In this document: positions 9,763 to 23,397 of the stretch, in pieces | Numbering within the stretch: the stretch's first letter is position 1 | How the letters are laid out: every line of letters starts with the position of its first letter | DNA from: a phage | DNA length: 47,035 nucleotides | Sequence record: PZ787841.1 | Reading direction: 5' to 3' (one strand) | Notes under the pieces: model-generated | The model's database searches: none | What the model saw: only the letters and a program-made list of their open reading frames with translations | Told to the model about the DNA's origin: nothing | Made by a program: the position numbers and the translations under genes

Positions 9763-12750
9763 TCAGGCTAGCCAGCGCGTGGTCTGGGATGGCGGTTTCG
9801 GAATAGATGTCATAGTCCGCACCATATTTTTGTACAGAAGATACATCCCCAACCCACGGAAGATTTCACCCGTGTAGAACCCGAAGGCCATGCCGTTATC
9901 GTTCGATTCCCTCGGTGCCGGACTCCATGCTCCGTTGATGTTCTTGCCGGGAATGCTGGTCACCGTGAGTTGTCCGCAAGCTCCCTGACGCACCCCTCGA
10001 TAAGCACGTCTAGGTCTGGCACCGTTGACCCCGCCATCTTCGAAGAACTGCACCCGCGAGGAAGAGGCCGCACATATGGCCCGTGAAGTCGTCGGCACTG
10101 GTACTGACGGCCCGGTCGATGGGAAATCGGTCGGTGTCGCCTTGTACTTGCCCGAGTACACGATAAGCCAGTATGCCCAGTTCTCTACGTACTGCTCCAG
10201 CTTCTCCGGCACAGGCTGACCACGCACCTTAAGCTCATACCATGCGCGTGCTGCGGCGTTGAACGCACGGGGCTGATACCCGGCCCATGGGTGACCATCA
10301 CCCCAATGATAGTTGGTCCATGTGTCCGGAGGCCCGTACTTGTAGTTGTCCCAGCGGTTCCAGATGTAGGCTGCACAGCCCGGACCCAGTTCACCAATCA
10401 TCGTGGAGTAGGCCGCTTGGCTGTCGTGCATGAACTGCACCCGATTGTGAACCACGTGGCGTACTTGGACGGGTCTTGATGGATGGTATACATGAACGGG
10501 TACTCGATACCCCGGATACGGCATACCGTGCCACGCTCCATCTGTTCTGTACCTTCCGAGTAGATGTTCGAGAACGGGATAACACCCGGCGCATAGGCCA
10601 GTGAGTCCAGACGGTTAATCATCGTGCAATCACCGATGACCGCCTTGTACGACTCCGGGCAGTTCAGCATCATACGGTAGGTCATCGTCCAGCCGTTGGG
10701 GATATTGTATAGTGGCGGCACGTCGCTTACCACGTAGTAGCTGAAGTTGGCGTTCGGCGTGTTGGAGTCCAGCAGGATAGTTATCTGGTCAACCGCCACC
10801 ATGTTCGGCGTGCTCGGCTCCGGGTCGGCCTCGGTTCCGCCATCCGGGTGGTCAGGCTGGTAGCCGGACAGTGCTGCATCAGCCGGGTTAACTCGACGGT
10901 CGCCCAGTTGCCACGAGTAGCCGGGAGCATCCACCACCAACGCCAGTTGTCGCCGTCAAGCATACGCATGTTGAAGTCTTGGTCGGCTTTTACACACGAT
11001 CTTCTTCGGAATGACTGCTTCTTCGTTGGTCAGCCAGAAGCCAATCACGAAGCCCGCGTCATCGTCCGGGAAGTGCGCGTTGATCACCGTAGCCTGCCGC
11101 CCATCGTGGACGTTGGTTTCGAACGCCTCGGCCCACGTGCAACCACCGTAGTCGGTCACAGCACGCGCATCTGCAACCATGTAGTCGTCATCAGTAGCCG
11201 GGTTGGTCATCAGTGCCAGCGACGTGATGGGGATATCACGGGAAAACAGGTGTCATGCGATGGACTTCGGCAGGGCCAGTCCATACCATGTCGGGTTCGG
11301 CACTTCCTCCTTCGTGGGTGACACGTCCAGCATAACCTCGATGCCGACCTGCTCCCCGGTGTCGCCGATGCCACCATAGGTCGCACGGATTTTGGCGTTG
11401 TAGTCGACGCGGAACCATACCGATTGCTGCTCCATATAGTGCTGGGCCGAGCGGTCCACAGCGACCGTGATGTAGCCCGCAGCGTCGCGCCCGTACTCGA
11501 TGACCGCCGTGTTGGGGTAGCTGATCGTAGCCGATGCCATCGGTAAACGGCGTGTTAGCTACCACCGACTGGCGGAAGAACTTGTCGAGGCTGTCGATAT
11601 AGGTGTACTCGTGGCTTGTGTAGAAGGCACAATCGCACGCCTGCTTATATTTAGCCTCGCCAGTGATGCGCCACAGGAGGTAGCAGCTATCGATGAACCA
11701 AAGCTCGGCATCTGCCGCGTTCCCTAGCTGGTTGTACGACGGAGGCGTGGCCTTCAGCTGCTGAATGGCATATGCACCGGGCGGTTGTGCCATGGTTCAT
11801 TCCGCGCAAACATGTAGCCACCCTGCGCCACTGGTACACGTGATGCGTAGTTGAACAGCCATACCCCGTTTACGGTCGTGTCCTTGAGCTGAATAGTGCC
11901 GAGCTGCGCTGGCTGCGTAGCCGCCGTCGATGATGTCGCCCGCATCGACGTCGAGATCTTGTTCCCGGTCCATGCGATTATCCAGTCCACCGGGTATTCT
12001 TTCGCCTTCGTATCACCGCCTGACCACACCGGAGTGTATACGTCGCCGAGGTACGCCTGCCAGTTAATCCACGCGGAGGATTTCCACGGCTCGGTGACGC
12101 CCGTCGTGATGCGGTGGGAGTCGTACCGTCTGCCAGTTAATCTGCCCGGCGACGTCTTCCTTGATTTTCTGCACTGACGCGTTGATGGCTTCCCACGTCA
12201 TGTGGCCCCGGTGGGCGAACGTCGCGGTGTCCAGCCATTCACCGAAGAACGGTGCGCCCTGTGGGATTTTGGCCCGACCATTGGTAAACACAAGCGGGAC
12301 AGACTCGAACCCACCATGGGTAGCATCGACCGGGTCGATTGGGTAGTGGGCCAGAATCGGTTCTTTGCCGTTTACCAGCCAGTTGCAGATGTAGCGCTTT
12401 GGCGTGGTCGGCACTGGTTGCCCGGCGTAGAAGTAGGCAATATACGCATCCCGAGCCTTTTTCGCGGCGTTGAGAAAGGTCACGTCACGAGTAGCCAGAT
12501 ACATATGGCAGTAGCCGATGATATGGAGTGCCTGACCTTCGGTCGCAGCATCACCGTTCGGCTGGTACTCGGCACGTGTCATGCCGATGAAGTGGCGGTT
12601 GTTGGCGAGTACGCCCTCGTTGTTCTGCAGATAGTGCTGCACCTGCGCGTCGTTGGTGTCGCCCGTATTCCGGCGAGCAAAATCCTGATGCCCATAGGCA
12701 AGAGAAAGAGCGGCGGCAAGTGCGCCGCCGTTAGCAGTATATAGTGACAT
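9763..12750 (-). CDS. Large tail-fibre / tailspike-like protein (about 1000 aa, many frame breaks)
   Basis: ATG at 12750 (MSLYTANGGALAAALSLAYG...); contiguous minus ORFs 12064..12750, 11754..12029, 11236..11793, 10398..10940, 9763..10524; sits after the J-like gene. Confidence 0.45.
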
Positions 12751-12820
12751 TTAGTACCCCGATGCGGTGTGAATACCCAGCCATGTGGACCCCCTATCAT
12801 ACGTCACAAGTTGCACAATG

Positions 12821-15800
12821 TCAACCTTGTTCTGCACATAAGACAGGGACGGCACAAGGCCGTTGGGCCACTCTGACGTTGCCGGGCCACGTGACTTTAT
12901 TGGCCCCGGTGCCCTGCTTCAGAAAGAGAACTACTTCCTGTGCGGTGTCGAGCAGCGTCGAGGTGCCGGAAAGAACGACCGTGCACTGCGCCGAGTTCAG
13001 CGTCACGTTGAAGTGCGACGCCAGCGACAGGTTTATGGTCGCCGTAGCTGCCCCCGCCACGTCGCGCTTGCGATATAGCCCATATGCCTGCGTCGGGCCG
13101 GGGTCCGGGTCTTCCCCGGTCGCTTCCTCCAGCAGGTCTACCAGCCGTTTCCATGAAGGACCGGAGAACTCCGACCCATCAGCCAGCTGCACGGTGATGT
13201 TGCCCGGCGAGGAGAAATCTTCTGCCAGTTCAGCTTGTCGAAGATGGCGGCACGTAGCCGATAGTGCACATCATACGACATCTGGGCCGGAACCTCGAAC
13301 AGGAGCGACTGGGGCAGCACGTACCAGCCCAGACCCCCGGTCGTGGTGCCGAGGTACGGCTTGACCACGGTCAGTTCTGTATCACCGAGGACGTCCTCCA
13401 CGGTCAGGAGGTAGTTTACCCCGCCGACCGTGGCGCTGATGATGTCGCCCGCTTTACACTCGGTGGCAAAAACGGTCTGTGTACGAGTGACCGTCTTCGA
13501 TCCTGCGTTAATAAGATAGTACCTGCTGGCATCTTTGACCCCTTAAGACCATTTAGAGTTGTAGCGCGAAGTCACCATCAGTGAAATCGGGGAAATACTG
13601 GCGCGCCCGGTGTGGCTGATGAACACGCGAACCTCGATGCTATGGTTGGTGTTCCGCGCAAGGTCGACCGAGCAGGTCAGGGTCCGGGAGCTGGAACCTT
13701 CGCCACTGTGTGATGCCGTTATACCGATCGACACTCCGTTAACGAAAATCTCTACACCGCGAGAGCGCACAGTAGGTTTCCGGCGCTGTCGGTATAGCCT
13801 GATGCCGACATCGGGGCCGTCGCAGCAGGGTACGCTCCACGTCCGGGTCGGAGTCCAGCGTATAGTTGTAGTCAGTGCCCCAGTTTTCTATGGCGTTTCC
13901 GTAGTTAATCGTGACCACCTTCAGGTCGCAGAAGTTGCCACGGATGTTGCCCGCCGAGAGAGTGCCGAGGATAGTGCAGTTTTCGCGGATGATGACGTTG
14001 TTCAGGTCGCCATAGTTGGCATAGGTAGAACCGCGCACCGTCACGTTGGCGAAGTTGGCGTTCCCGTTCTTGTTGATGATCCAGACCGACGTTGGACCCG
14101 TTCCAGTTATCCGACTGGATTTGCTGGGCGATCAGTGCCGAGGTGATCAGCGCGTACTTCATTTTGGCGGTATCGATCGAGGCGTTGCGAATCATCGCGT
14201 CGTCGTAAGTGTCTGCCCGCTCGCGATAGCGAATACCAGTTTGTAGTTGCCCGGCGTGGTGCTGTTGTAGATGCCGAGCGGTCAGCCTTGAACAGCATGG
14301 TAGATTTCTAGCTGCCTGAACCGTCCGGTTCGATGGACATCGCCATACCAGCGCTGTAGTATTTGCCGCCACGGTTGATACCGAGGTTCAGGGTGTATGA
14401 CGCCTTCGCCGTACCTTCACTGGTCACGATGGAGGTCATCTTCTGCTGCACTGATGCGGTCAGGTCGTTTGCCACGCCCGGTCAGTTCATCGATGTAGCG
14501 GCCCTGCGCGATGACGTTTGCTTCAAGGTCAGCCATAGCCAGCTGGTCGTTGGCGATGGTAGTCTTGACTGTGATGATGTCAGCACGCACCTCGCCGTAG
14601 TTGCTCCATTGGTGGTCTACGTTAGCACCTGTTGAGCGGGCTTCGAGAATAGCCATAGTTCATCTCGATTGGCTTCATCAGGTTCTGGTAGGCCGTGGTG
14701 GTCTGGAACTCTGCGTCGATCATCGGGAGCAGGTCGGCGATGTCGGTGTGGCGTAGTACCTCTAAACTCGAGGAAGTCGGACGCACCGAAGGCGTCGCTG
14801 CACGGATATACCACCAATAGGTGTGGCTGTTCTTGAGGCCGGACTTGGTCCAGATGGTCCCCTGCCCTTCGTGGTTGGCACCAGCTCGACGGTCGCGGTC
14901 GCGGCGTTCGGCAGACGTGATTCCCCGGAAGTCCAGAAGTCGTAAGTCACCGACACGTTCGACAGGTCAGCGGAACGTGGCTTGATAGTGACGGCGAAGT
15001 AGCCTTGCTCATCTCGGCACCCGTCGGTTTGGACGGTGCACGGGTGGCGATGTCAACGGTGGTTTCGACCGAGCGTTGACCGCGAGCGTTGACCGCCAGC
15101 ACACCCACGGTATACTCGCCACGTGGTAGACCATTCAGTCGGCAGACCGTCCCCGGAACCTGTACCGTGTAGACAATGGACCCGGCTTTGCGCACGATGA
15201 CGTTGTTGTACACGATGTCCGACGTGTTGTTCCAGTCAGAGCACCCTGTACCACCTCGCCAATCTCCATCACTTGGTACTGCAGGTTCCACGGAGGCGTC
15301 ACTTGACGGTTACCGGAGGCACTGTCAGGTCGGGACGAAGTCGACGGTTTGCCGATTGCGTCATCCCACACGGCGACTGTTTCCTGACGCAGGGTCAGTC
15401 CGACACCGTTGACGCCGTTCAGCTCCCAGCTGGTGATGCGGAACTCTTGGTTGATGATGCCGAGGGTCTTGATGGTCGGCTTCACGTAGTAGCCCGGACG
15501 CATCGCATACCCGAAGTAGTTGGCGGTCAGCTTGATGGTGCGGCCCAACCGGGAGCGGTTGAGGGTGATTTGCGCCAGTCGCTGGGCGTGCCACTCGTCG
15601 GTCACGAAGCGGTATTTCTTGTCCTGCGTGAACTCGTTCCCGTCTTCTTCTACCCACTGCTCGATGCGCACAGGCGGGAAGTCGGCTTCGGTGTAGTCCT
15701 GCTCCTTGTCTACGAAGGTGCCGGTGACGATATTCACCTTCTGGTTATACGCGGTTTCAGGTGTGATTTCGACGTCACTGATGATCATGTCGTCGTTCAG

Positions 15801-16489
15801 CACCATCGTCGCCGGGCCATAGTATGCACCGACCAACAGGCCGTGTTTACCTGCCATATAAGTCGGTTCGCCTGCGCAAGCTTCGTGCATGTCGTCGAGG
15901 ATGGAGGAGATGGCCTCGTCCGCTTCGAACTGCCCGTTGATTGTGTAGCGCTTGGAGATGGACGAATCCGCGTTCAGCACTGGCTGGTCAGAGATGTTCG
16001 CGGCCTCGTAAACATCGGGTCGTCCACGTCTTCGGGTTCAACACCAAGCATCGGTGACAGGTAGAAGTCGCGGATAACCAGTGCAGCGTTGTCGGTCCAC
16101 TTGGTCACGCCGTCACGTGGGTCGTATACGCGTTTGCCGCGAATAGTCGCCTTGATGTTCGGGATACCGGAAGGGAACTTGTCTTGGTCGAACTTGAGCG
16201 ATACGACGATGTAGGCCAGACCCTTGCCTATCATGTCAGGTTTCCACTCGTTGCAGCGGTCGAGCAGGTACTGCGGCACAGTTGTGGTTGTTGTTGTTAG
16301 ACGCCACGTGGCGTACTCACCATACGCGTTGATGATTTCTTCGCCGAGGTAGACAGTCTCTACGGAGTCGATTTCGTGTGCCGCCAGCACGATGACCAGA
16401 TGGACCCACTCGTGGTCGTCTGCCTCTTGCTCGCCCGGCTGCTCCTGCGCAAGCTGCAGCAAGCCCGACGTGGCGACACGCCCATACAC
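12821..16489 (-). CDS. Host-specificity protein J-like central tail fibre / tip attachment protein
   Basis: J-like N-terminal region in ORF 15974..16489 (KGLAYIVVSLKFD...GKRVYDPRDG...TDNAALVIRDFYL); fibronectin-III-like segment in ORF 14947..15291; lambda-like gene order. Confidence 0.7.
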
Positions 16490-16499
16490 ATACGAGCAG

Positions 16500-16703
16500 G
16501 CTCCCGCTGCTGAACGGAGAACCTGCTTTCTTTCTGACTGGCTGCTGTAGTTTCCGATGCTGGGGACTGATGTTTTCGAGAAGGCTACCCGCTACGGTAG
16601 CCAGTGCCCCGATGACCACGGCTGCAGTCATCGAAATCACACCAACCGCACCAGCCACCGAAGCACCGACCGCGATGACTGCGGCGATAATCGCTGGTGG
16701 CAT
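16500..16703 (-). CDS. Small hydrophobic protein (lambda I-like position, or the N-terminus of the J-like protein)
   Basis: MPPAIIAAVIAVGASVAGAVGVISMTAAVVIGALATVAGSLLENISP in ORF 16317..16703. Confidence 0.3.
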
Positions 16704-16722
16704 TTATTAACCCTCCATACCC

Positions 16723-17100
16723 TTAGTATTTTGTCGTAGGTTTCGTCCAAGAATACCGAACCTTCCGGTCCCGCGCTAAGTACACCCCCATTGAAGTATA
16801 CCCCAGCGTCGGTCCCATGTCTCCGGCGAACAGAACTACATCTCCACGCTGGACAAAAGGCGTATCGACAGGTTCGAGTTTAGCATCGAGACAGGGCTTC
16901 GAGTCCACCCTTGGCTACCTTAGCCAGAGCGCGTGCCGCACCCGTCTGTGTTTTGTATTTGCCACGGAATTCGGCGGCGAAGTCGGTCCCGGTCATCGCC
17001 AGCACCGCGTCGGCGGCAAACAGGGCGCAATCCTGCTCACCCCACTTGAACGGAGTAGCCGCACGAGACTCGAGCAAACTCCATGAGTGCTGACTGCCAG
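16723..17100 (-). CDS. NlpC/P60-type tail protein (lambda K-like)
   Basis: FKWGEQDCALFAADAVL catalytic-Cys motif (ORF 16880..17077); continues in ORF 16723..16908. Confidence 0.55.
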
Positions 17101-17109
17101 AGGCGTGTT

Positions 17110-18250
17110 TTAAGAGACATAGCGGAACCCCGGCGCGTCTTTCTTGCTGCCCCAGTACAGAGAGCGTTCGGCCATCTGTGCATATACCGGAAGAATCGGT
17201 CGCCCGGATGACGGCGGGTGTGACTCTCGTCGGTGTAGCGGAACGGTTACCCTTTGACCAGAACTCGAGAGATTCGACACGGTGAAGCTGATTGCCGAGT
17301 TATCACCCATCACGCAGGACGCCCCAGTGATGCGGCCCTTGAACAGCAGGTTGTAGGCGATGGTCTTGATGGAGTCATCGAACACCGCCACGAATACCCG
17401 CACCTTCCGGTTTACCGAGGATTCGTTGAGCGCGATTGAGATAAGCTGCGGTTCCAGCCCGGACAGGGTTAACTGCAACTGGGTGGCGCTTGAGCTGTTC
17501 TCTTCCTTCACCGACCCGACGTCGGACAGCGACCCCAGCCCGGTGTATACGTTGCCGTCGATAAGCACTTCGCCCACCCCGGTATGGACGCGCGACATAC
17601 CAGACGCGAAGTCGAGTTCTCCAGCCAGAACCATGTTGACGTTCGGCTGCTGGATGGCCTGCGCCACCGACAGGCTGAATGGGTTCTGAGTCGTAGATGT
17701 CCTCTTCCAGGGTGATGGTGATGTCGTTGTTGATGCTGGTTTACGGTCCACGCCTGCGGTGTTCTCGCTAAGCAGGAAGGTTGACCACGTGTTGAGCGTG
17801 TCGATAGACGAATTAACAGCCGGAGAACGGCGGAGTGCCGGGGTGAACTGGATGATGGCAATGCCGGACGCGTTCGAACCGCAATCGACCGTGACCATCT
17901 TCAGTTCACCACCAATCAGCACCCAATCACCCACTTTCAGTACGGTAGTGTTGGCATTCCATCCGGACGTTGTGACTTGGTCGCCCTGTTGGTCGCCGAC
18001 TGACACGCGAGGCGTGCCTTTGGGACTGTCACCCAGTCTACCGAAATCGCGGCATTTGACGCGGTTCGCCTGACCGTCCAGTCTGAACAGCAGACCTTCC
18101 AGCAGGCGAGACTCCGAATCGTCGAGGTTGTTAATGTCAGGTCGATACGCCAACGTGACCCCGGAACCCGTACCGTCTGCACCACGCCTGACCATTTGGA
18201 CGGTTCGCCTGTGTGTTGGACACGAGGCTGACGGTCATGGTGGACGGTAC
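17110..18250 (-). CDS. Minor tail proteins, M-like then L-like (two adjacent genes, boundary unresolved)
   Basis: MATFNWPSGLVPSTMTVSLVSNTQ start (ORF 18137..18388), then 361-aa ORF 17110..18195; placed between the tape measure and K-like genes. Confidence 0.45.
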
Positions 18251-18259
18251 GAGGCCCGA

Positions 18260-20569
18260 AGGCCAGTTGAATGTCGCCATACTTATCTCCCGATTTTCTT
18301 GAGATATCGCCACGGTTTGACACATCCGACAGCACGGCGTTGTAGCCTGCAGCCGCACCCTGCTGGGCCGCTTCGTTAGGCATAGCATAGAGAAGCTGCT
18401 TGTCGCCCATCCCGGTTCCGTTTAGGTAGAAGTTCATGGTCGGCTGGAACCCACCGCCGTTGCCGCCGCCACCACCTTGGGAGGCGTTGACTCAGCCATA
18501 GTTTGTTGCCGTGACGTCACACAATAGCCGGACCGTTCACAAGCTCCGGGCCTAATTCGCCAACTATACCACTTTTGCCCGCCGGAATGAAGCCGCCTTG
18601 GTCAAATAGCCCGGCGATGGATTGCCCGGCGACCGTCGCCACGCCCGCGTAGCCCAAGGCGCGGACCGCAGAAGCCGCAATCGGACCAGCCACCGGACCG
18701 AGTGCCAGAGCTTTTCCAGCGCCTTCTTCGGTCGATACAATCATCGACGGGATAGCCATCGCCTTCTGTGCCGCGAACAGTGCTTTGTAGATGATGTTGC
18801 TTTCTTCCCCGGCCTCGGCGATTGCCGACGTGATGGTCAGCAGCGGCGGCTCCATGTAGCTCGCCATGGTCGCCACCTGACCAAGGTATAACTGCTGCTG
18901 CTCTTCCGCGTGGCGCTGCTGAGTGCCTTCGTCGGGTCTTGTCGCTGCGTCTCGGTCAGCTCCTCGTTCTCCAGAATCAGCTTGCGCTTACGTTCGAATC
19001 CTTCGGTCAGGGCATCTTCTTCCGAGAGCAGGTCTTGCCGGATTTGCTCCACCTTGGCGAGGCTGGTCGCCTTGGCATCAGCCAGTTCCTGCTCGTAGAA
19101 GTTCTTCGACTTTCTCGCAGGGTGTCCTGTTCGGTCGAGTTCAGGGCTGTGTTTTCCCTGATGATTGCGTTCCGTTCTTCGTACTCGCGGCGAATCGTCT
19201 CGGTCTGTGACTCCGTTGACTGCTTGGTGCGCTCGAACTCTTTGGCACGCTGTTCAGCCAGCCGTGCGGCCTCCTTCGCTGCCTTCGCCGCCGCCTTATC
19301 ATCGCCGCCGTCTGAGTTGCCGGAGTTGTCGCCGCCAGCGATTTTGAACTGCTTCAGGCGGTCCTGATGGTTCTTCTCGCCAGCTTCGTTCTTGCGGCGG
19401 AACTCCTCGGCCTTGTTGAGTGCGCCCTGTGCCAGAGCGTCGGTCATCACCTGCGTGGCTATGATCTCGCTGTTGATGGCGTCTTTCTCGGCCTGCAGCC
19501 CGCTATTGGTGGCGGTCAGGCGGGCATTGAGAGACTTGGCGACTTCGGCTTGGTCGGCAAGCGGGTTGAGTGCAGCTGCCGCTGCCTTGCCATACTCCAC
19601 CGTCTCGAGTGCCCACGCCCGGATATAGGCGATGGCAGTCTGCAGAGCAGCCCGCAGGGTAGACGGGAAGTTGGAGATATAGTCGCCGATTTTGGTGATG
19701 GTGTCGTCCGCTTCCACATCCATATCGCCGACATCGCCGAGAACCCGGCTTAGTTTACTTCACCCCACAAATAGTCGAGGTCGTTGCCCCAGCCGGACCA
19801 TGCCATGCCCCACGCCTCGAGGTGGGCCTCCATCGCGCCGGACTCCATCTGCACATTCCAGCTCGTTCAGGGAGTCGGTGACCAGATTGATGGACCCTGC
19901 CGCGAGGTCGGCGAACGTGCCGTCGGACATGTTGTACTTGAAGATTTCCCACGTGTCGGCGAGGTTGGCGATTGCCCCGTCCAGTGTTGCCATCTGGCGT
20001 TCCATCGCACCGCCGAAGTTGGTTTTACCCGAGTTAATCAGGTAGCTTTCGATTTCGGCGGCGTTGTTCTTCACAGTCTGTGCCACACCACGGAATGTGA
20101 ACGTGATGGTGTCGCCGTTGTTCTTGGCCTTGATGCCGAACTCTTTCAGACGCTCGAATTCGCCAGTGGCAGCGTCAGCCACAGCCTCGATGATCTCGTT
20201 AGAGACTTGCCCAGTGCCGAGGAGGTGTCACCGTAGGAGCGCATGGCTTCCTCAGACGGAGTCAGGCCGAGGTTGACCAGCTTCGTGAGGAGTCTGTGAC
20301 CTGCTCGATGCCGAAGGGCGTCTCCATCGCAAACTGCATGAGAGCACCCACGCCTGTTCCATGCCCTGCCGCTGACCCGGTGGCGGTGACAAGCCCGGCG
20401 CGCAGTTTTCGAACTGGCGGTTGGTTTCGACCAGTGCCTGAATGCCTTTAATAGCCGCACCCAGCGACAGGAAGCCAGCAGCCGCAGCACCTAGCTTGGC
20501 GGTCAGACCAGCCGTTGCCTTCTCTGCTGCACGTGCCAGACTTCGACAGGCTGTCGATTTGCCCGACAC
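18260..20569 (-). CDS. Tail tape measure protein
   Basis: ATG at 20569; long alpha-helical, Ala/Gly-rich ORFs (19760..20182 EFGIKAKNNGDTITFTFRGV; 19007..19723; 18517..18876); follows the chaperone gene. Confidence 0.65.
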
Positions 20570-20609
20570 CTGGTTGAACCCGGTCGAGGTAAAGCGAGTG
20601 GTTAATCGC

Positions 20610-21186
20610 CTACGCTTGAAGACATACTATTTCCTCATGATTCGGTCGAGCTTCGATTATCGCATCCACTTCATATGGCATGAGTGATATGTTCATTAGC
20701 TCGGAGTAGGATTTTATCTCGGTATAGCTGATGGGTTGACCGGAAAAGAGTGCTGCGAAAGTGTTCCAAAGGTAAAACATTTCTTTATTTAGCTTCACTT
20801 CATCAGGTGCGCCTTTGGACGACGACCCAGCGTTTCTATTTGCGCCCAGTGCTGGCGAAGAGTGGTCCCCTTTCATTCGGGGACCATTTTATTCAGCTCT
20901 GTTTCGGCTTGCGCGTACGCGTAGAGGTTGTCGAGGGCTTGGCGAAGAATGGCTGCGCCGGGAGATGAGTATCCACCGCATCAGCCAGATAAGGCGCACC
21001 AGCTATCAGCTCTTCCGCCGCTTCGAATGAGAATGGCACATCGAACGACCAGCCACGGATACACGAGGCCAGCACGTTGAACCGGGCGTCGTAGATTGCG
21101 TTCCGGCGTTGCTCGGCTGTTTCCAGTGCCGCGATGGATACGCCGCGCTGCTCCTGCTCATAGCGGGAGGCACGGATTCTTTTCAT
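20610..21186 (-). CDS. Tail assembly chaperone (G/GT-like), two-frame arrangement
   Basis: ORFs 20893..21186 and 20610..20876 in different frames between the major tail and tape measure genes. Confidence 0.45.
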
Positions 21187-21319
21187 TCAGTACCGACCAC
21201 CAACAGGTAGTCCTCGGTTGGTGTTCCGTCCGGCAGCACCAAGAACATCTTCACGGCTTCCTGCGCACGCTGGGCGGTTTTATAGTCATCAATGCTAATT
21301 TGCGGGTTGTGGTCATTGT

Positions 21320-22245
21320 TTACACCTGTGGGATACGAGTCACGGTCAGAGTGGTAGCTGCCGTACCGTCATAGGTCGCGGTAAATGGCAGGCGGTTTGT
21401 CACCGGGCCTTGGCCTGGAATATCGGTATTTCCGCCCGTATATTTCAGCTTCGGAATGGTGAATTTGTAGGCATTGCCGCCTTCGCCATCGGTCAGGGTG
21501 AACTCGATGTTGGAGGTGGTTTCATTGATGTACTTCTCGAGCAGGTAGCTGTCTTCGAAGTACGCCGTCGCCTGACCGGACACGTTGCACATGCCGAGCG
21601 ATGGGCGAATGGAGTTGCGGGAACCGACCACATAGCGCGGTTCGATGCCGTTCTCCATCGACAGGGTCAGCTCTGTGGTAGCTGCGATCGACGTGCCGCC
21701 TTCGGTGATGGTCCCGGTGAGGAATCCATACCTGCGGTATTGGTAGGTGCTGCCAGCACTGCGCCCGTCGGGGCGGTGGCGGACATCGACATACCTTTGC
21801 CGACCCAGTTCGCAGAAGTGGTTAATGGCTTCGGTCGACACGGTCAGCGATAACGAGTTGGCTTCCATCCCGGTGAACAGCTGAGCACTTCTTGTTGCTC
21901 GGGGCGGTGCCTTCGAGGTCGTCGAACGTACGCAGGATGGAGAAGCTGCGGCGGGTGGAGCCGACCTTCGGCACGTTAGCCCACGTGCCCATAAGCAGAG
22001 CTCCAGCACCTCGTCGAGGAACCGTAGGACAGCTCAGACACCACCTCACCAGCGGCCTGCTGCGTACCCATACGGAAGTCCACAATCTGGCGATTGGGGC
22101 GGATTTCTTCTGACTGCAGCGTGTTTTTCGCTACCGCCAGAGTGGTTGAGTTGTGACGGTAAAACTTCATCGATGGGGTCGCTGGTGTGACGCCAGACGC
22201 GACCTCTGCGATGAAGTATAGACCGTGACGGCTACCGTTTGCCAT
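21320..22245 (-). CDS. Major tail (tube) protein
   Basis: AGGAG RBS and ATG at 22243-22245 (MANGSRHGLYFIAEVASGV...); C-terminal part in ORF 21320..22009. Confidence 0.6.
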
Positions 22246-22312
22246 GTTTAAGCTCCTAAGCGTTGTAAGCGGGAATAAAAACCGATGGTCACGGGAACTC
22301 GCCACCATCCAT

Positions 22313-22660
22313 TCACTTCTTTACCTTGTGCACGATGGACGTATGTCGGCACGACAGCAAATCATTACACAAACGATGACCTGTCGGGAATAGGTCGGCG
22401 ATTTTGTCTGCCGTCTCGCGGGCGTCTTTGGTGCCGGAGAAGAGCGGGTAGTTTAGGTTGATTTGGACGAAGCCGACCACCTCGTCGTAGCCGTACGAAG
22501 ATGCGGTCACGGCTTGAGTGCTGGCTGGCACGAACCAGAGTTCAGCCCACGGCGCATTGTCCGGGGCTTCGAACGGCTGGTTTTCGTAGGCAGTTGGCAG
22601 GTCGAACCCACCATTTATCCAGAAATAGCGCAAGGCAGTCTCTGTCTTGTCTTCTTGTCT
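22313..22660 (-). CDS. Tail terminator / tail completion-like protein
   Basis: MRQEDKTETALRYFWINGGFDL...DEVVGFVQINLNYP...ETADKIADLF at the 3' end of the composite ORF 22313..23884. Confidence 0.4.
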   Translation of the reverse strand, partial: RQEDKTETALRYFWINGGFDLPTAYENQPFEAPDNAPWAELWFVPASTQAVTASSYGYDEVVGFVQINLNYPLFSGTKDARETADKIADLFPTGHRLCNDLLSCRHTSIVHKVKK

Positions 22661-23042
22661 CATTAGGCTGACTCCAGAACGTGCTTGAACCGGGCTAGGT
22701 TGCGGCGAAGCATACCCTCCGGCGCTTTTTGCGAGTGACCGAAGTATCTCGATGACCTCGGCATACGGATAGCGGTTGACGAACCACAAATCCTCACCCA
22801 GCACGCACCGCTGCACCGCAGACGCCACCTGCTTCATGGCGATGGACCCGTTTTTATCCGGGGCCAGTCCGCCGATGCCCGGCGTGCCGATATACGCCGC
22901 CCAGCCGCCACGCAGATAGCCATCCAGCACCGGGGTGTCGAGGATGACGGAGGCCATAATCTCCATCACCGCCGCACGCCACTTGCGGCTGGCCTCTTTT
23001 TCGTGTAGCTCCTTGAAGCGTTTTAGCTGGTCGGCGTAGGTC
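22661..23042 (-). CDS. HK97 gp10-like head-tail completion protein
   Basis: MTYADQLKRFKELHEKEA...ILDTPVLDGYLRGGW (TPV.tG.LR-type motif). Confidence 0.4.
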
Positions 23043-23044
23043 AT

Positions 23045-23397
23045 CGTCTCACCTGTGCTTTGCTGAAAATTCGGGTTTCGCCGTCGAGCGCCAGCTCGTC
23101 CACGTTGACGATTGTGTAGACCTTGCCACCGAACACGGACCTTCTGGTTCTTGGTCGGCTCGACCGTCGTTCTGCCATCAGCACCTTGTCGCCCTGCTTG
23201 ATGACGGTGCCATCGATTTGATACGATTTGTATTTTTAGCACAAGCGCACGGCCCGACGCCACCACCATGTCCGGCAAAGTGCCACCAGTGACCGGGTCG
23301 GACCCGCCGGATACCAGAACCTCGATATCTCCGCCGTATTCGCGGATGGCAGCTGCTGCGGCGTCGGCTTGTGCTGCGGTGTAGTCAGGATGTGCCA
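23045..23397 (-). CDS. Head closure / head-tail joining protein
   Basis: MAHPDYTAAQADAAAAAIREYGGDIEVLVSGG... then DGTVIKQGDKVLMAE...GKVYTIVNVDE after a frame break. Confidence 0.4.
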
